Shown in pieces: positions 49,419 through 60,229 of a DNA stretch of 64,000 nucleotides. The DNA is from Promethearchaeota archaeon (lineage in GTDB: Archaea; Asgardarchaeota; Lokiarchaeia; Sigyniarchaeales; SOKP01): the NCBI GenBank assembly GCA_048937405.1, contig JBHLNF010000001.1, positions 544,001 to 608,000 of the forward strand. Direction: 5' to 3'. Numbering within the stretch: the first letter of the stretch is position 1; each line of letters starts with the position of its first letter. A model generated the notes under the pieces. It saw only the letters and a list, made by a program, of their open reading frames with translations. It did no database searches and had not been told where the DNA came from. The translations under genes were made by a program, and so were the position numbers.

Positions 49419-49556
49419 ATGAAAAAAAAATGCGATCATTGTGGAATGATTCGATCAACAAAGGATTTAGTTTTATTAGAAAATAGAAATTATATGTGTT
49501 TCTCTTGCTGGAACAAATTTAAAAAAAGAAAAAGTGAAATAGTTAAAAAAAAGTGA
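49419..49556 (+). CDS. Small C4 zinc-finger protein (45 aa), unannotated
   Basis: MKKKCDHCGMIRSTKDLVLLENRNYMCFSCWNKFKKRKSEIVKKK*. Confidence 0.7.
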   Translation: MKKKCDHCGMIRSTKDLVLLENRNYMCFSCWNKFKKRKSEIVKKK

Positions 49557-49581
49557 GTTTTTAAATCTCCTCCTTAAAGAA

Positions 49582-49803
49582 CTAATCGTAAGAAACTAAA
49601 AATGTATATTTTTCAAGATTAAACTTCTTTATTTTAATCTCGTTTTTTTGTGCTTTTTTAGGAATAAGAGGGATTTTAATTACAATTTTATAGTTCTCTA
49701 AATAAAGATTATTATAAAAAGTATTCTCACATTTATCCCAATCGATGAACTTTTGTATTGGAATTTGATCTTTTTTTACTGATGGAAATAATGACATAGC
49801 CAT
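49582..49803 (-). CDS. Small hypothetical protein
   Basis: 73-aa ORF with ATG; no motif. Confidence 0.4.
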   Translation of the reverse strand: MAMSLFPSVKKDQIPIQKFIDWDKCENTFYNNLYLENYKIVIKIPLIPKKAQKNEIKIKKFNLEKYTFLVSYD

Positions 49804-50198
49804 TTTTCTAATCTTTACATAGATTTATTTTTAATATAATTATATAAAAATCTTATTATTTTACCCCTTTTCGGATGTAATAGCTACTCTTAAATACCAA
49901 ATAATTGGCAATTTATGAATAAGCGCTTTAAATCGTGCCATTTATATTATAATAAAGTGATTATTTAAATGTTTCTCTAATGATAAATAAAGTAAATTTA
50001 AATTCTGAACTACTTTTCAAACCTTTTTATAAAAGATACTCTTTATTCAATTCAATATCATTATAATTTAGATTTTAAAACTCTTAGAATTCTCAATTTA
50101 GAAATAGTTAAATTGATTTATATTAAATCGATATTTCTATTTAACCATAACCAATTAGATTAAGTATTTTAATATAAGGAACACCAGAAAATTAAAAA

Positions 50199-50669
50199 AT
50201 GCACGATTCAACTAAAATTGACCTGAAATCATTCATAAAGAATGAGATTATTAAGGACATTAAAAAGATTAGAGGTAAGCATGCACCAATCTCAGAAATT
50301 TTTCAAAATACAACTAAAATTTTAGTAGTAGATAAAATTTATGATTTAAGAGATAAGAATAAATATTTTTTCCTATTTATTGCTAAAAATTATATGAAAA
50401 TGCCAAAATTCAGATATTTTCTAGTTATCTCCTTAGCAAATAATAGTTCTGATTTCTTGGTTCAGATCGCAAAGGATTATGCAATTAAAAATGATCTTAG
50501 ATTAATTCAATATTCAATTTTCCCTAAGATGTTAAGAATTCAGTTGTTACTAATAAAAGAAATTAATCATTTTGAGGATTATAATAATTTTTTGGAAAAA
50601 TTGATATTAATCAGAAGTAAGTTTCGACATAAATTAGATAAAATTAAGAATTTGTTTGAAAATGAATAA
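50199..50669 (+). CDS. Hypothetical protein
   Basis: 156-aa ORF. Confidence 0.65.
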   Translation: MHDSTKIDLKSFIKNEIIKDIKKIRGKHAPISEIFQNTTKILVVDKIYDLRDKNKYFFLFIAKNYMKMPKFRYFLVISLANNSSDFLVQIAKDYAIKNDLRLIQYSIFPKMLRIQLLLIKEINHFEDYNNFLEKLILIRSKFRHKLDKIKNLFENE

Positions 50670-50765
50670 TTTTTAAGTACATACACAATAATAATATTAT
50701 TCATCACTCAATTATATATGATTTTAGAATCGGAACTATTTAAAAAATAAAAAAAGTGTATTAAA

Positions 50766-52220
50766 ATGTCATTTAGAACAAATACAGTAAAAATTGTTGC
50801 TACATTAGGCCCAGCATCAAGCTCAAAAGAAATGCTCAAAAAACTTATTGATGCAGGAGTAGATATTTTTAGATTAAATTTTTCTCATGGATCTCATGAA
50901 GAAAAACAAGAATTAGTTAAGAGAATTAGAGAAGTAGACGATTACATAGGGATTTTAGCTGATATTCAGGGACCTAAAATTCGAGTAGGGCATTTTAAAG
51001 ATGATATAGCTTATAATCTGGCTATAGGTCAAGAAATAAAAGTATATGAAAAAGAGATTGAAGGAGATCAAAATCAATTTTCCATTCCCCTACCAGGATT
51101 TCTAAAATCTGTAAATGTGGGAGATACCTTTTTTGTTAATGATGGAATTATTAAGATAAAAGTAAAAAATAAAGAAAAAGATTATATTATTGGAGAAGTA
51201 TTAGCAGGAGGAACTATTAGTAATAGAAAAGGAGTGAATATTCCCTCTGGTGAATTATCCCAGAAAGTGCCTACAGAAAAAGACAAAAAGGATTTGGAAT
51301 TTATTGCAAAAATTGATCCAGAATATGTGGCAATTTCATTTGTATCAGGAGGAGATGATGTTCTTCACGTTAAAAGACTTCTTGAAAATTTTAATAATTC
51401 AAAAATTAAATTAATTTCAAAAATTGAACGTCCAGTTGCATTGGAAAAATTTGATCAAATTTTAGAAGTAAGTGATGGAATCATGGTAGCTAGAGGGGAT
51501 TTAGGTGTTGAAATAGATCCAGATAAAGTACCCTTATGGCAAAAAGAAATGATTTACAAAAGCAATCGGGAAGGAAAAGCCATCATTGTAGCCACACAAA
51601 TGCTTGAATCAATGGTTACAAACCCTATTCCTACTAGAGCAGAAGCAAATGATGTTTACAATGCTGTTATGGATGGTACTGATGCTGTAATGCTTTCAGC
51701 AGAGACTGCAATGGGAAAATATCCAGTTAACGCGGTTCAATATATGAATCAAATATCTAAGACAGCAACTGAAAATATGGTAAAAAGAGCTCCAGATGAG
51801 TATGATTCAGACAGGCTAACTCATACTCAAACATTGGGACATGCCATCCATTCTTTAGCTACTGAAATGGAAGAATTGAATTTTAGAGGAAAAATTCTAG
51901 TTATAACTCGAAGAGGATATGGTGCAAGGATGATTGCAAAGTATAGACCTCCATTACCAATAATTGCTATAACACCATATAAAAGAACAGCAAGGGAATT
52001 AAACTTAGTGTGGGCTGTAAAGGCTATTCAAATTGAAAATATTGATTTCTTTAATATGAATGCTGAAGAAATTATTGAGCAGTCTGTCAAACATGCAGTT
52101 GAAAATAATTTGCTAGATGAGAATGAGCATGTTATAATCTTATTAGTTTCAAGAAAGTTTGAGCGCAGAGGAAATCTAGTAGGACTTTATTATGTAGGAG
52201 AAATCTTAGAATCTGAATAG
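50766..52220 (+). CDS. pyk: Pyruvate kinase
   Basis: KIVATLGPAS, RLNFSHG, DIQGPKIR, MVARGDLGVE, ATQMLESM, VMLSAETA. Confidence 0.97.
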   Translation: MSFRTNTVKIVATLGPASSSKEMLKKLIDAGVDIFRLNFSHGSHEEKQELVKRIREVDDYIGILADIQGPKIRVGHFKDDIAYNLAIGQEIKVYEKEIEGDQNQFSIPLPGFLKSVNVGDTFFVNDGIIKIKVKNKEKDYIIGEVLAGGTISNRKGVNIPSGELSQKVPTEKDKKDLEFIAKIDPEYVAISFVSGGDDVLHVKRLLENFNNSKIKLISKIERPVALEKFDQILEVSDGIMVARGDLGVEIDPDKVPLWQKEMIYKSNREGKAIIVATQMLESMVTNPIPTRAEANDVYNAVMDGTDAVMLSAETAMGKYPVNAVQYMNQISKTATENMVKRAPDEYDSDRLTHTQTLGHAIHSLATEMEELNFRGKILVITRRGYGARMIAKYRPPLPIIAITPYKRTARELNLVWAVKAIQIENIDFFNMNAEEIIEQSVKHAVENNLLDENEHVIILLVSRKFERRGNLVGLYYVGEILESE

Positions 52221-52395
52221 ATATAAGGAGCAAATATAAATTAATCTTAATTATTAATGATCTTTACTCATATATGAAAAAATTTTTTACTTAAAAATTA
52301 TATAGATTAAACTCCATTTTAATAAATTAAAGAATTTTTTATACAATATATTAACTTAATCAATTTATAAAAAATTAGTACTTTAGTTTAAATAT

Positions 52396-52836
52396 ATGAG
52401 TGAAGAATGGAAACACGCCTATTGGGTATCAACTCTAGGAAAATGGGCTTGGGTAATAGGTATTATAAATGGAATTATCAATATCATACGGGGTTTTTTT
52501 GGATTTTTTGTAATTGGACTAGGAATATTTGGAATTGGACTTCGTATTTGGTTGATAATCAGTGGTATTATAATAATCTTAATATCGTTTGTTATAATTA
52601 AACCTAAATTTTCCTATAAATGCGCAATTAAAGATTGGGATGGTTTATATAATTGGTTCCTAATCATTGGAGAGGTGAGGATACCATGGATGCTTTTGTG
52701 GGGAATAATTATAGAAATTTTTGGATATGGGTGGGGTGGCTTACCCATTATAATCTGTTCCTTGGCTTTATTAATTGCTGGTCCAAAGAAATATGATTGG
52801 AACGCTGAAAAGAAGCATGAATTGAAAGCTGAATAA
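52396..52836 (+). CDS. Hypothetical membrane protein
   Basis: Hydrophobic Gly/Trp-rich segments. Confidence 0.7.
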   Translation: MSEEWKHAYWVSTLGKWAWVIGIINGIINIIRGFFGFFVIGLGIFGIGLRIWLIISGIIIILISFVIIKPKFSYKCAIKDWDGLYNWFLIIGEVRIPWMLLWGIIIEIFGYGWGGLPIIICSLALLIAGPKKYDWNAEKKHELKAE

Positions 52837-52928
52837 ATAATACTTAATTTTTTTAGTAAATTTTCAGTGTTATATTCTATTAATTAAAGGCTAATTTTTA
52901 GTACATAAAACTCTCAAAGTAATTTAAT

Positions 52929-53348
52929 TTGATAAAATATAATATATACGATTGTCTTAAAACATACAAAAATACAAAATATACTGGTATGAGAGTAGGA
53001 AGCTCTCATCATTGGAATTACAATAATGGTAAATGGCATGAAACTAAAGAAGCACCTGATAAATGGAGTTTTAAGTTTAATTCAATAAAAACTAGAGTTA
53101 ATTCAGCACCAAATAATTCTGGAGCAAAAATTAACACTAAATTTCATTGGTATATAATAGCTGATCAAATTGCAACTAAGATCGATAATAATTCCTATAT
53201 GACTTCCATGAATGGAATTAAATTTAAAATAGGGCATAAACGACCATATTGGAAAGCATTTAGTTATTCATATCCCGAACAAGTACCCTATAAAGAAAGA
53301 ATAATAAAAATATTAGAAGAAACATTAGAAAAATTAAAAAATAAATAG
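52929..53348 (+). CDS. Conserved hypothetical protein
   Basis: YTGMRVGSSHHWNY..GKW.ETK..PDKW, HWYIIADQ, HKRP. Confidence 0.7.
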   Translation: MIKYNIYDCLKTYKNTKYTGMRVGSSHHWNYNNGKWHETKEAPDKWSFKFNSIKTRVNSAPNNSGAKINTKFHWYIIADQIATKIDNNSYMTSMNGIKFKIGHKRPYWKAFSYSYPEQVPYKERIIKILEETLEKLKNK

Positions 53349-53352
53349 AAAT

Positions 53353-53634
53353 TTAACTAATTTTACCTATATCTTTAACATTTACATATTTTATGATATT
53401 TGATTTTATATTATCAACAGATATTTTCTTTTCATCTCGATGAATAATAATCTCTATAATTTCACTTCTTAGAATAGGAGAATTATATCTTTCTTTAAAA
53501 AATATAAACCGATTTGAATTTTTAGATAATTTATTTAGTTGATATATATTAATTATCCCTATTCTACTCGTTGGGACATCTATTTTGTGATCTTTAAAAA
53601 TTATTTCACATAATACTTCTTTTGTGTTTATCAC
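53353..53634 (-). CDS. Hypothetical protein
   Basis: 93-aa ORF. Confidence 0.4.
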   Translation of the reverse strand: MINTKEVLCEIIFKDHKIDVPTSRIGIINIYQLNKLSKNSNRFIFFKERYNSPILRSEIIEIIIHRDEKKISVDNIKSNIIKYVNVKDIGKIS

Positions 53635-53681
53635 GAAATATTTTCTGGATCAAATTATTTAAAGAAAAATAATTAAAAAAA

Positions 53682-54197
53682 TTAATATTTCTCATAATGC
53701 ACTATCTTTTCAATAGGATTTCTATCTTTTACTCCTCCTTTGGGCTTAAGAGGGTATCCTAAAGGCGTTAATCCCATAACTTTATAATTTTTTGGAATAT
53801 TTAATATTTTTTTTATTTCTATTTCATTAAACCAACCAATCCAACAAGTAGCTAATCCTTCTGCTGTTGCAGCTAATATTAGATGTTCAAAGCAAATTCC
53901 AAAATCTACACCATAGTATTTTTCACCATTTTTATTTCTTCCTGAACCCTCTTCACTTATTATACCAACTATAAACATTGGAGCATTATTAAATTTTTGA
54001 TCTTGATCAATTGCTTTCCATATTGCTTTGACATTGTCAGGATTTTGAACAATAATCAGCGATACACCTTGTTTATTAGCCCAAGTAGGGGCTAATCTTG
54101 TTGCCTCCAAAATTTTATCAATCTTCTCTTTTTCAGGCATTTCTGTTCTATAAACCCTATAACTCCTTCTATTTTTTACTACTTCGTAAAAGTCCAT
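53682..54197 (-). CDS. Nitroreductase family protein
   Basis: RRSYR, APTWANKQ, LAATAEGLATCWIG. Confidence 0.92.
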   Translation of the reverse strand: MDFYEVVKNRRSYRVYRTEMPEKEKIDKILEATRLAPTWANKQGVSLIIVQNPDNVKAIWKAIDQDQKFNNAPMFIVGIISEEGSGRNKNGEKYYGVDFGICFEHLILAATAEGLATCWIGWFNEIEIKKILNIPKNYKVMGLTPLGYPLKPKGGVKDRNPIEKIVHYEKY

Positions 54198-54348
54198 TTT
54201 TAAATCTCCTTTTTATTTTAAAAATTCTTTAATTGAATAAGTAAGAAGTTGGGCTATTATTAAATATTTAGTTTGAAAAATATAAATAATAGATATATAC
54301 TTGATTCTATCTTATTTAACTTTAAATTCCAAAATTATAATAAACAAA

Positions 54349-54858
54349 TTATGATTTTCCATTTCTAGTTTTATTCCAAATACTATAAGGAATCCAGTCA
54401 TTCTCCTCACTTGGTTTAACGTAAAAAATCTTACTCCGAAAATCATAGAAAAAATAATTAGTTGGACTAGTTTCAATTCTACCAATTAAATATCTGAAAA
54501 TTAAACTAGAAAAAATAATTAAAAAGCCAATAATGATTATTTTGATACCTAGATCTTCAAATATTTGATGAAAAACAAGGCAAAAAATACCAAAAATAAC
54601 ATTAAAAATTCCAATTGTAAAACTTGAAATGGATATATAAAGATATATTTTCCATTTATAAAACTTATTCTTACAATTAAAACAAATAGGAACTTCAAAT
54701 AAAAACCTTAAGACTTCCTTATTTCTAATTTTTTTTAGTAATTTTCGTTCTGCTAATTGTTTATATTTATATGGCTTAGAATAAGCGTTTACAGTACCAC
54801 AAACTAAACATTTAAATTTCTTTAGAATTTCTGGCACTTCTTTTTCTTTATTTTCCAT
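54349..54858 (-). CDS. Zinc-finger membrane protein
   Basis: CLVC...PICFNC followed by two TM helices. Confidence 0.65.
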   Translation of the reverse strand: MENKEKEVPEILKKFKCLVCGTVNAYSKPYKYKQLAERKLLKKIRNKEVLRFLFEVPICFNCKNKFYKWKIYLYISISSFTIGIFNVIFGIFCLVFHQIFEDLGIKIIIIGFLIIFSSLIFRYLIGRIETSPTNYFFYDFRSKIFYVKPSEENDWIPYSIWNKTRNGKS

Positions 54859-55014
54859 TTTAAATGCAGAATTAGAATTTAGTGTAAAATTTCTATAGTT
54901 TATAAACCAACATTTTTTTGTTTTTTAGTTTATTCTAATAAATTTACAGTTTCCTCTTAAATAAAATTATAACTTTTCGTTAGGTTCTTAAATCAAAAGT
55001 TATAAGACAGGGTA

Positions 55015-56040
55015 ATGGAATCTAAAGAAATTTATATTGCTTATAATGTTGAGTTGGGGAGACTCTTTAAGGTCGGATATGGCCTTCCAAAAAATCCAGA
55101 AAATTATACTTGGATGTGTAGAACTTGTAAAAAACCAGTTTTTTATAACCGATATGAAAAGTGTTTCAAACATCGAGGATTGAAACCAGAAGGCTTTGAA
55201 CCTGAGACTATAGAACATAAAACTATGAAAAATTACTGGTATACAGTATTTCCAAAATTTAATAATATTAAATCACGACAAAGGGAATTCTGGTTAGAAG
55301 ATCAAGTCGCGGATGTATATTTTGAATTACGAGATGGAAAAAAAGTAGCAATTGAGTGCCAAAATTCTCCTATATCTGCAAAAAAATTAATTGAAAGAAC
55401 GAAAAAGTACACTCAAAAGGACATCTATGTTTTATGGGTATTTAACGGATCTGGAACCTGTGTATCGGAAGAAAAAAGACCATTTAATACCGAGAAGATC
55501 CGAGTTTTAAAGGAAGAAAAAAGGGTACATAACCTATATGGGGGTCGAATTTATTATATGAATGTGATTGGTGAAGAAGTTATTGAACCACCATACGCTA
55601 TCCATTTTTCTCCTTATTTTGAAATTAAAAAACTTGAAGCAAATATATATGGATATGAAAAATATTACAAAGAGTTCCAGAGTGCAACTGTAGGGACTAT
55701 TTATTCATATAATGTTTTATGTATAGAGTATAGAGGATATAAATTAGCTCGATTTATGGATAAAAATGTGAGTATCTCATGCACTGAACAACTTGAGGTG
55801 CATTTAAGGGAAATCTGCCGTAAGAAATTTGAAGAGGCCAACTTAACTGAAACACAAGAAATTGAACTCCCTGTCAATCTATTAATTAAACTTGTGTGCG
55901 ATGATTTTGGATATTTTCTCCCTTATTTGATTCTTAAAAGATCAAGGAAAAGGATAAAAAGAGTTAGATTTGAGCGTCAATTGGATGATGGATATAACAT
56001 TCGAGATATAATTGTTGTAAGAATTTCTGATTATCTTTAA
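55015..56040 (+). CDS. CoiA-like PD-(D/E)xK nuclease
   Basis: CRTC, FKH, ETIEH, VADVY....VAIECQNSPIS...ERT..Y.....VLWV. Confidence 0.8.
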   Translation: MESKEIYIAYNVELGRLFKVGYGLPKNPENYTWMCRTCKKPVFYNRYEKCFKHRGLKPEGFEPETIEHKTMKNYWYTVFPKFNNIKSRQREFWLEDQVADVYFELRDGKKVAIECQNSPISAKKLIERTKKYTQKDIYVLWVFNGSGTCVSEEKRPFNTEKIRVLKEEKRVHNLYGGRIYYMNVIGEEVIEPPYAIHFSPYFEIKKLEANIYGYEKYYKEFQSATVGTIYSYNVLCIEYRGYKLARFMDKNVSISCTEQLEVHLREICRKKFEEANLTETQEIELPVNLLIKLVCDDFGYFLPYLILKRSRKRIKRVRFERQLDDGYNIRDIIVVRISDYL

Positions 56041-56371
56041 TCAAAAAATCTTATATAACTCTATTTAGAAAATCACCATGAATCAAACATCTTGAATGAT
56101 CAAATTATAAAAAAATAAAAAATAGAATTCTAAATTAAATAATTTTTATGAGAAATGTGTTTTTTATATTTTTTTTAAAAAATCTTAATTGCTTTTAATT
56201 TCTCTTTAGTTTTGAGAAAAATTATCATCTAATTATAAACATATTCAAGAAAACTCTATAAATTTTTTATTTATTTTTTTGAAATAAAACAGTTTTTTAA
56301 GACTAAACATTGTCTATTCATTTTTGAAAAAATAAACATAAGATTTATATATGTTAATTTACACTTATATA

Positions 56372-56392
56372 TTGTCAATCGAAGGTTGACAA
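56372..56392. promoter_or_regulatory. Inverted repeat TTGTCAA-N7-TTGACAA, putative heat-shock operator
   Basis: Perfect 7-bp arms about 20 nt downstream of TTTATATA (56344-56351), upstream of grpE. Confidence 0.5.
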
Positions 56393-56442
56393 ACACAAGT
56401 TATTACAAAAAAAAAGGGATTTAAAACTCAAAAAACAAAAAA

Positions 56443-57171
56443 ATGGCATATAACATTAAAAATGGAATGGGAGATGTAAAATCTATGACATTTGAAGATT
56501 ATTATGATAGATTTATTAACAACAGAGGATTGTTACAAAGGAAATCAGATCAGATTCTAATTTCTAAAAGCGATTATAGTCGACTTAAAGCGAAATCAGA
56601 AAAGTATGAAGCACTAGTAGAAGAACATAAAAAGATTAAGACTCAGAATGACCGTTTGTTAAAAGAATTAGACGATATGAAAGAAGATGGTCGAAAATTC
56701 AAAGAATTAATGGAAGAGAAAGAGAAATATTTAAATGCCCTTTTAAGAATACGTGCTGATTTTGAAAATTACAAGAAACGCACAGAACGAGAGAATTCCA
56801 AGTATAAGTCATATATTATAGAATCTTTGTTAAGAAAATTAATCAATCACTTTGATGATTTAGTGAGAGCATTTAATTTACTAAAAATGTTTGATGAAAA
56901 AGATGGAATCAAAAAGGGATTTGAAATCATAGTTAAGAATTTTGAAAAGATATTAGATGAAGAGGGAGTAAAACCTATGAATTCAGAAGGTGAGATATTT
57001 GATCCTTATAAGCATGAGGCAGTATTAGTCGAAGAAGGTCGAGATGATCTCCCTGAAAATACAATATTAGAAGAAATAACTAAAGGTTATTATCTTAAAG
57101 ATAAGATTTTAAGACCTGCAAAGGTCAAAATCTCAAAAAAATCAAAATTAACAATATTAAATGAAAATTAG
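56443..57171 (+). CDS. grpE: Nucleotide exchange factor GrpE
   Basis: RADFENYKKR, FDPYKHEAV, GY.L.DKILRPAKV. Confidence 0.95.
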   Translation: MAYNIKNGMGDVKSMTFEDYYDRFINNRGLLQRKSDQILISKSDYSRLKAKSEKYEALVEEHKKIKTQNDRLLKELDDMKEDGRKFKELMEEKEKYLNALLRIRADFENYKKRTERENSKYKSYIIESLLRKLINHFDDLVRAFNLLKMFDEKDGIKKGFEIIVKNFEKILDEEGVKPMNSEGEIFDPYKHEAVLVEEGRDDLPENTILEEITKGYYLKDKILRPAKVKISKKSKLTILNEN

Positions 57172-57217
57172 AAAAAAATCAAAATTGAAAAATAAAATAA
57201 AAATGGAGTGATGAATT

Positions 57218-59131
57218 ATGGGAAAAATAATAGGAATCGACTTAGGAACGTCAAATTCAGCAGCAGCCATACTTATTGGCGGTAAACCAACAATAATACC
57301 TAGTGCAGAGGGCTTAACCTTAGGTGGTAAGGCTTTTCCATCTGTAGTTGCTTTTACGAAGGATGGTCAGAGATTAATTGGAGAACCTGCTCGAAGACAA
57401 GCAATCTCTAATCCAGATCGCACAATTACTGCCATAAAGAGAAAGATGGGTACATCGTATACTGTAAAAATTGATGGGAAGGATTATACTCCTCAAGAAA
57501 TTTCCGCAATGATTCTGAGGAAAATTAAAGAAGATGCTAGTGCTTATTTAGGTGAAGAAGTTACTGATGCTATTATCACTGTACCAGCATATTTTAATGA
57601 TAATCAAAGACAAGCTACTAAAGATGCGGGAAGGATCGCGGGATTAAATGTAAAACGTTTAATTAACGAACCCACTGCCGCAGCTGTAGCTTATGGATTA
57701 GACAAGAAAAATGCAAGGTTAAAGATCGCAGTATTAGATCTTGGTGGGGGTACTTTTGATGTTACGATAATGGAAATGGATAATCAAGTTTTTGAAGTAA
57801 TATCTACAGCAGGTGATACTCAGCTAGGAGGAACAGACATGGATAAGATTCTTGTGGATTATATAGTTTCAGAATTTCAAAGAGATCAAGGTGTAGATCT
57901 TCGAGGGGATTCTATGGCAATGCAAAGAGTCCGGGAAGCCGCAGAAAAGGCTAAGATTGAATTATCTACTTCAATTACGACTGATATAAATTTACCTTAT
58001 ATAACTGCAACTAAAGAAGGACCAAAACATCTTAATATGACACTCACGAGAGCTAAATTAGAGCAACTCATTGAACCTGTGCTAAAAAGATTAGATACTT
58101 CTATATTAAAGGCTCTGCAAGATGCTGGTATGGCTAGAGGAGATGTTGATAAGATTATATTAGTTGGTGGTCCGACAAGAATGCCTGTTATTCAGAAGAA
58201 ATTTGAAACTTTGCTTGGTAAAACTCCAGAAAGGAGTATTGATCCAATGGAGTGTGTTGCTATGGGTGCTGCCATTCAAGGAGGTGTATTAACTGGTGAG
58301 GTCGAAGATTTACTTTTATTAGATGTGACTCCTTTGTCTTTAGGAGTTGAGACATTAGGTGGTGTCTTTACAAAACTGATTGAAAGGAATACTACAATAC
58401 CAACTAAAAAGGCTGAAACATTCTCTACAGCAGCTGATAATCAACCAGCCGTAGAAATTCATGTATTACAAGGTGAAAGACCACGAGCAGCAGATAACAT
58501 CACATTGGGAAGATTTCATTTAAATGGTATACCACCTGCACCTCGGGGAATACCGCAGATTGAAGTAACATTCGATATTGATCAAAATGGAATTTTAAAT
58601 GTCTCAGCGAAAGATAAAGGAACTGGAAAAAGTCAATCAATAACAATTACAGCCTCTACAAAGATGTCTGATGATGAAATTAAGCAAAAAATTCGAGAAG
58701 CTGAAAGTAATGCTGAAGAGGATAGAAAATTCAAAGAATTAACTGAGGTTAAAAATCATGGAGAATCTTTAATTTACCAAACTGAAAAACTTTTGAAAGA
58801 GAATGAAGGTGTAATTGGAGATTTGAAATCGAAAATATTTGATAAAATTGCTGAATTGAGAAGTGCAATGGAATCTGAAGATGTTGGTCGAATTAAGAAT
58901 GCTACAGAAGCCTTACAGAATTCATTACATGAGATTTCTTCTCGAATCTATGGTCAACAACAAGGACCTTCTCAAGGAGCTTATCAGGGTGCTCCACCTG
59001 AAGGTATGGGAGATATCCCACCAGGATCCTCATATGGATATCAAGGAAAAACTCAAGATGAAATTGAAGAAGAACAATTCAGGAAAGCAACAGGCCAAGA
59101 TGATAATGTAGTTGATGCAGAATATGACTAA
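57218..59131 (+). CDS. dnaK: Chaperone DnaK (Hsp70)
   Basis: [32 protein letters not shown]. Confidence 0.98.
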   Translation: MGKIIGIDLGTSNSAAAILIGGKPTIIPSAEGLTLGGKAFPSVVAFTKDGQRLIGEPARRQAISNPDRTITAIKRKMGTSYTVKIDGKDYTPQEISAMILRKIKEDASAYLGEEVTDAIITVPAYFNDNQRQATKDAGRIAGLNVKRLINEPTAAAVAYGLDKKNARLKIAVLDLGGGTFDVTIMEMDNQVFEVISTAGDTQLGGTDMDKILVDYIVSEFQRDQGVDLRGDSMAMQRVREAAEKAKIELSTSITTDINLPYITATKEGPKHLNMTLTRAKLEQLIEPVLKRLDTSILKALQDAGMARGDVDKIILVGGPTRMPVIQKKFETLLGKTPERSIDPMECVAMGAAIQGGVLTGEVEDLLLLDVTPLSLGVETLGGVFTKLIERNTTIPTKKAETFSTAADNQPAVEIHVLQGERPRAADNITLGRFHLNGIPPAPRGIPQIEVTFDIDQNGILNVSAKDKGTGKSQSITITASTKMSDDEIKQKIREAESNAEEDRKFKELTEVKNHGESLIYQTEKLLKENEGVIGDLKSKIFDKIAELRSAMESEDVGRIKNATEALQNSLHEISSRIYGQQQGPSQGAYQGAPPEGMGDIPPGSSYGYQGKTQDEIEEEQFRKATGQDDNVVDAEYD

Positions 59132-59219
59132 GTTTTTTTTTTTTTAATTTTTTTTTATTTTTATAGAAATTCACGATTATTGAATTATTTTTCATTACTA
59201 AAAAAAGGGGTTGTAAACC

Positions 59220-60227
59220 ATGACAAAAGATTATTATAAAATTTTAGGAATAAATAAAGGAGTTTCAAAAGAAGAAATTAAAAGAGCATTTCGTAAGATG
59301 GCTCGAAAATATCATCCTGATGTTAATCCAGATGAACCAAAATCGGGAGAAAAATTTAAAGAGATAAATGAAGCTTATACAATTTTGAGTGATGATAAAA
59401 AAAGAGAGATGTATGATAGATTTGGAGTTGTAGAGGGGGATCCATCCTCATATCAAAATTCGGATGGTTTTCCTGGAGGAGGAAGGGTTCATCGAAGTCC
59501 AGATGGTACAACCTATTATTATACATCCTCAGGATCACCAGGAGGATTTGATTTTAACGAAATTTTTGGAAATCATAATAATTCTCGAAGTAGAAGTGGT
59601 GGTTTTGATTTTTTTAATGATTTAGGAGATATTTTTGATGTATTCTCAAAAAGAGGTAGAAGTTCACGAGTCAGTTCAAGCAATTTTGGAAGTAGACCAT
59701 TAGAGGGCGATGACTTAAGATATGATATTGAAATCGATTTTATGGAAGCTTTCTATGGAGAAGAAAAAAGAATATCATATAAAGATCCAAATACAAATCA
59801 AATGTCTACATTAAAAGTTAGGATTCCAAAAGGAATTAAAGATCAACAAAAGTTACGTCTTAAAGGTAAGGGATTATCTGGTATAAATGGAGGTGCTCCA
59901 GGAGATTTATATATAAATGTAAATATAAAATCTCATCCAACTTTTAAACTTGAAGGGAATGATATTTTTGTTGAGAAAGAAATTCCATTTACAACTGCTG
60001 TACTTGGAGGAAAAATTCAAGTTCCAGGTATTGAAAAAGATTTAACCGTAACTGTACCTCCTGGAACTTCGGATGGATCAATTCTAAGATTAAAAAATCA
60101 AGGATTTTATTTTACAGGATCAGAACAAAGAGGAAGTGAATTAGTTAAAATCAGTATAGATATTCCAAAAAAACTGAATAAATCCCAAAAAGAATTATTA
60201 GAAAAATTAAAACAAACTGGATTATAA
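59220..60227 (+). CDS. dnaJ: DnaJ-class chaperone lacking the zinc finger (class B/CbpA-like)
   Basis: HPD J-domain, G/F region, C-terminal domain, no CxxCxGxG repeats. Confidence 0.88.
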   Translation: MTKDYYKILGINKGVSKEEIKRAFRKMARKYHPDVNPDEPKSGEKFKEINEAYTILSDDKKREMYDRFGVVEGDPSSYQNSDGFPGGGRVHRSPDGTTYYYTSSGSPGGFDFNEIFGNHNNSRSRSGGFDFFNDLGDIFDVFSKRGRSSRVSSSNFGSRPLEGDDLRYDIEIDFMEAFYGEEKRISYKDPNTNQMSTLKVRIPKGIKDQQKLRLKGKGLSGINGGAPGDLYINVNIKSHPTFKLEGNDIFVEKEIPFTTAVLGGKIQVPGIEKDLTVTVPPGTSDGSILRLKNQGFYFTGSEQRGSELVKISIDIPKKLNKSQKELLEKLKQTGL

Positions 60228-60229
60228 AA

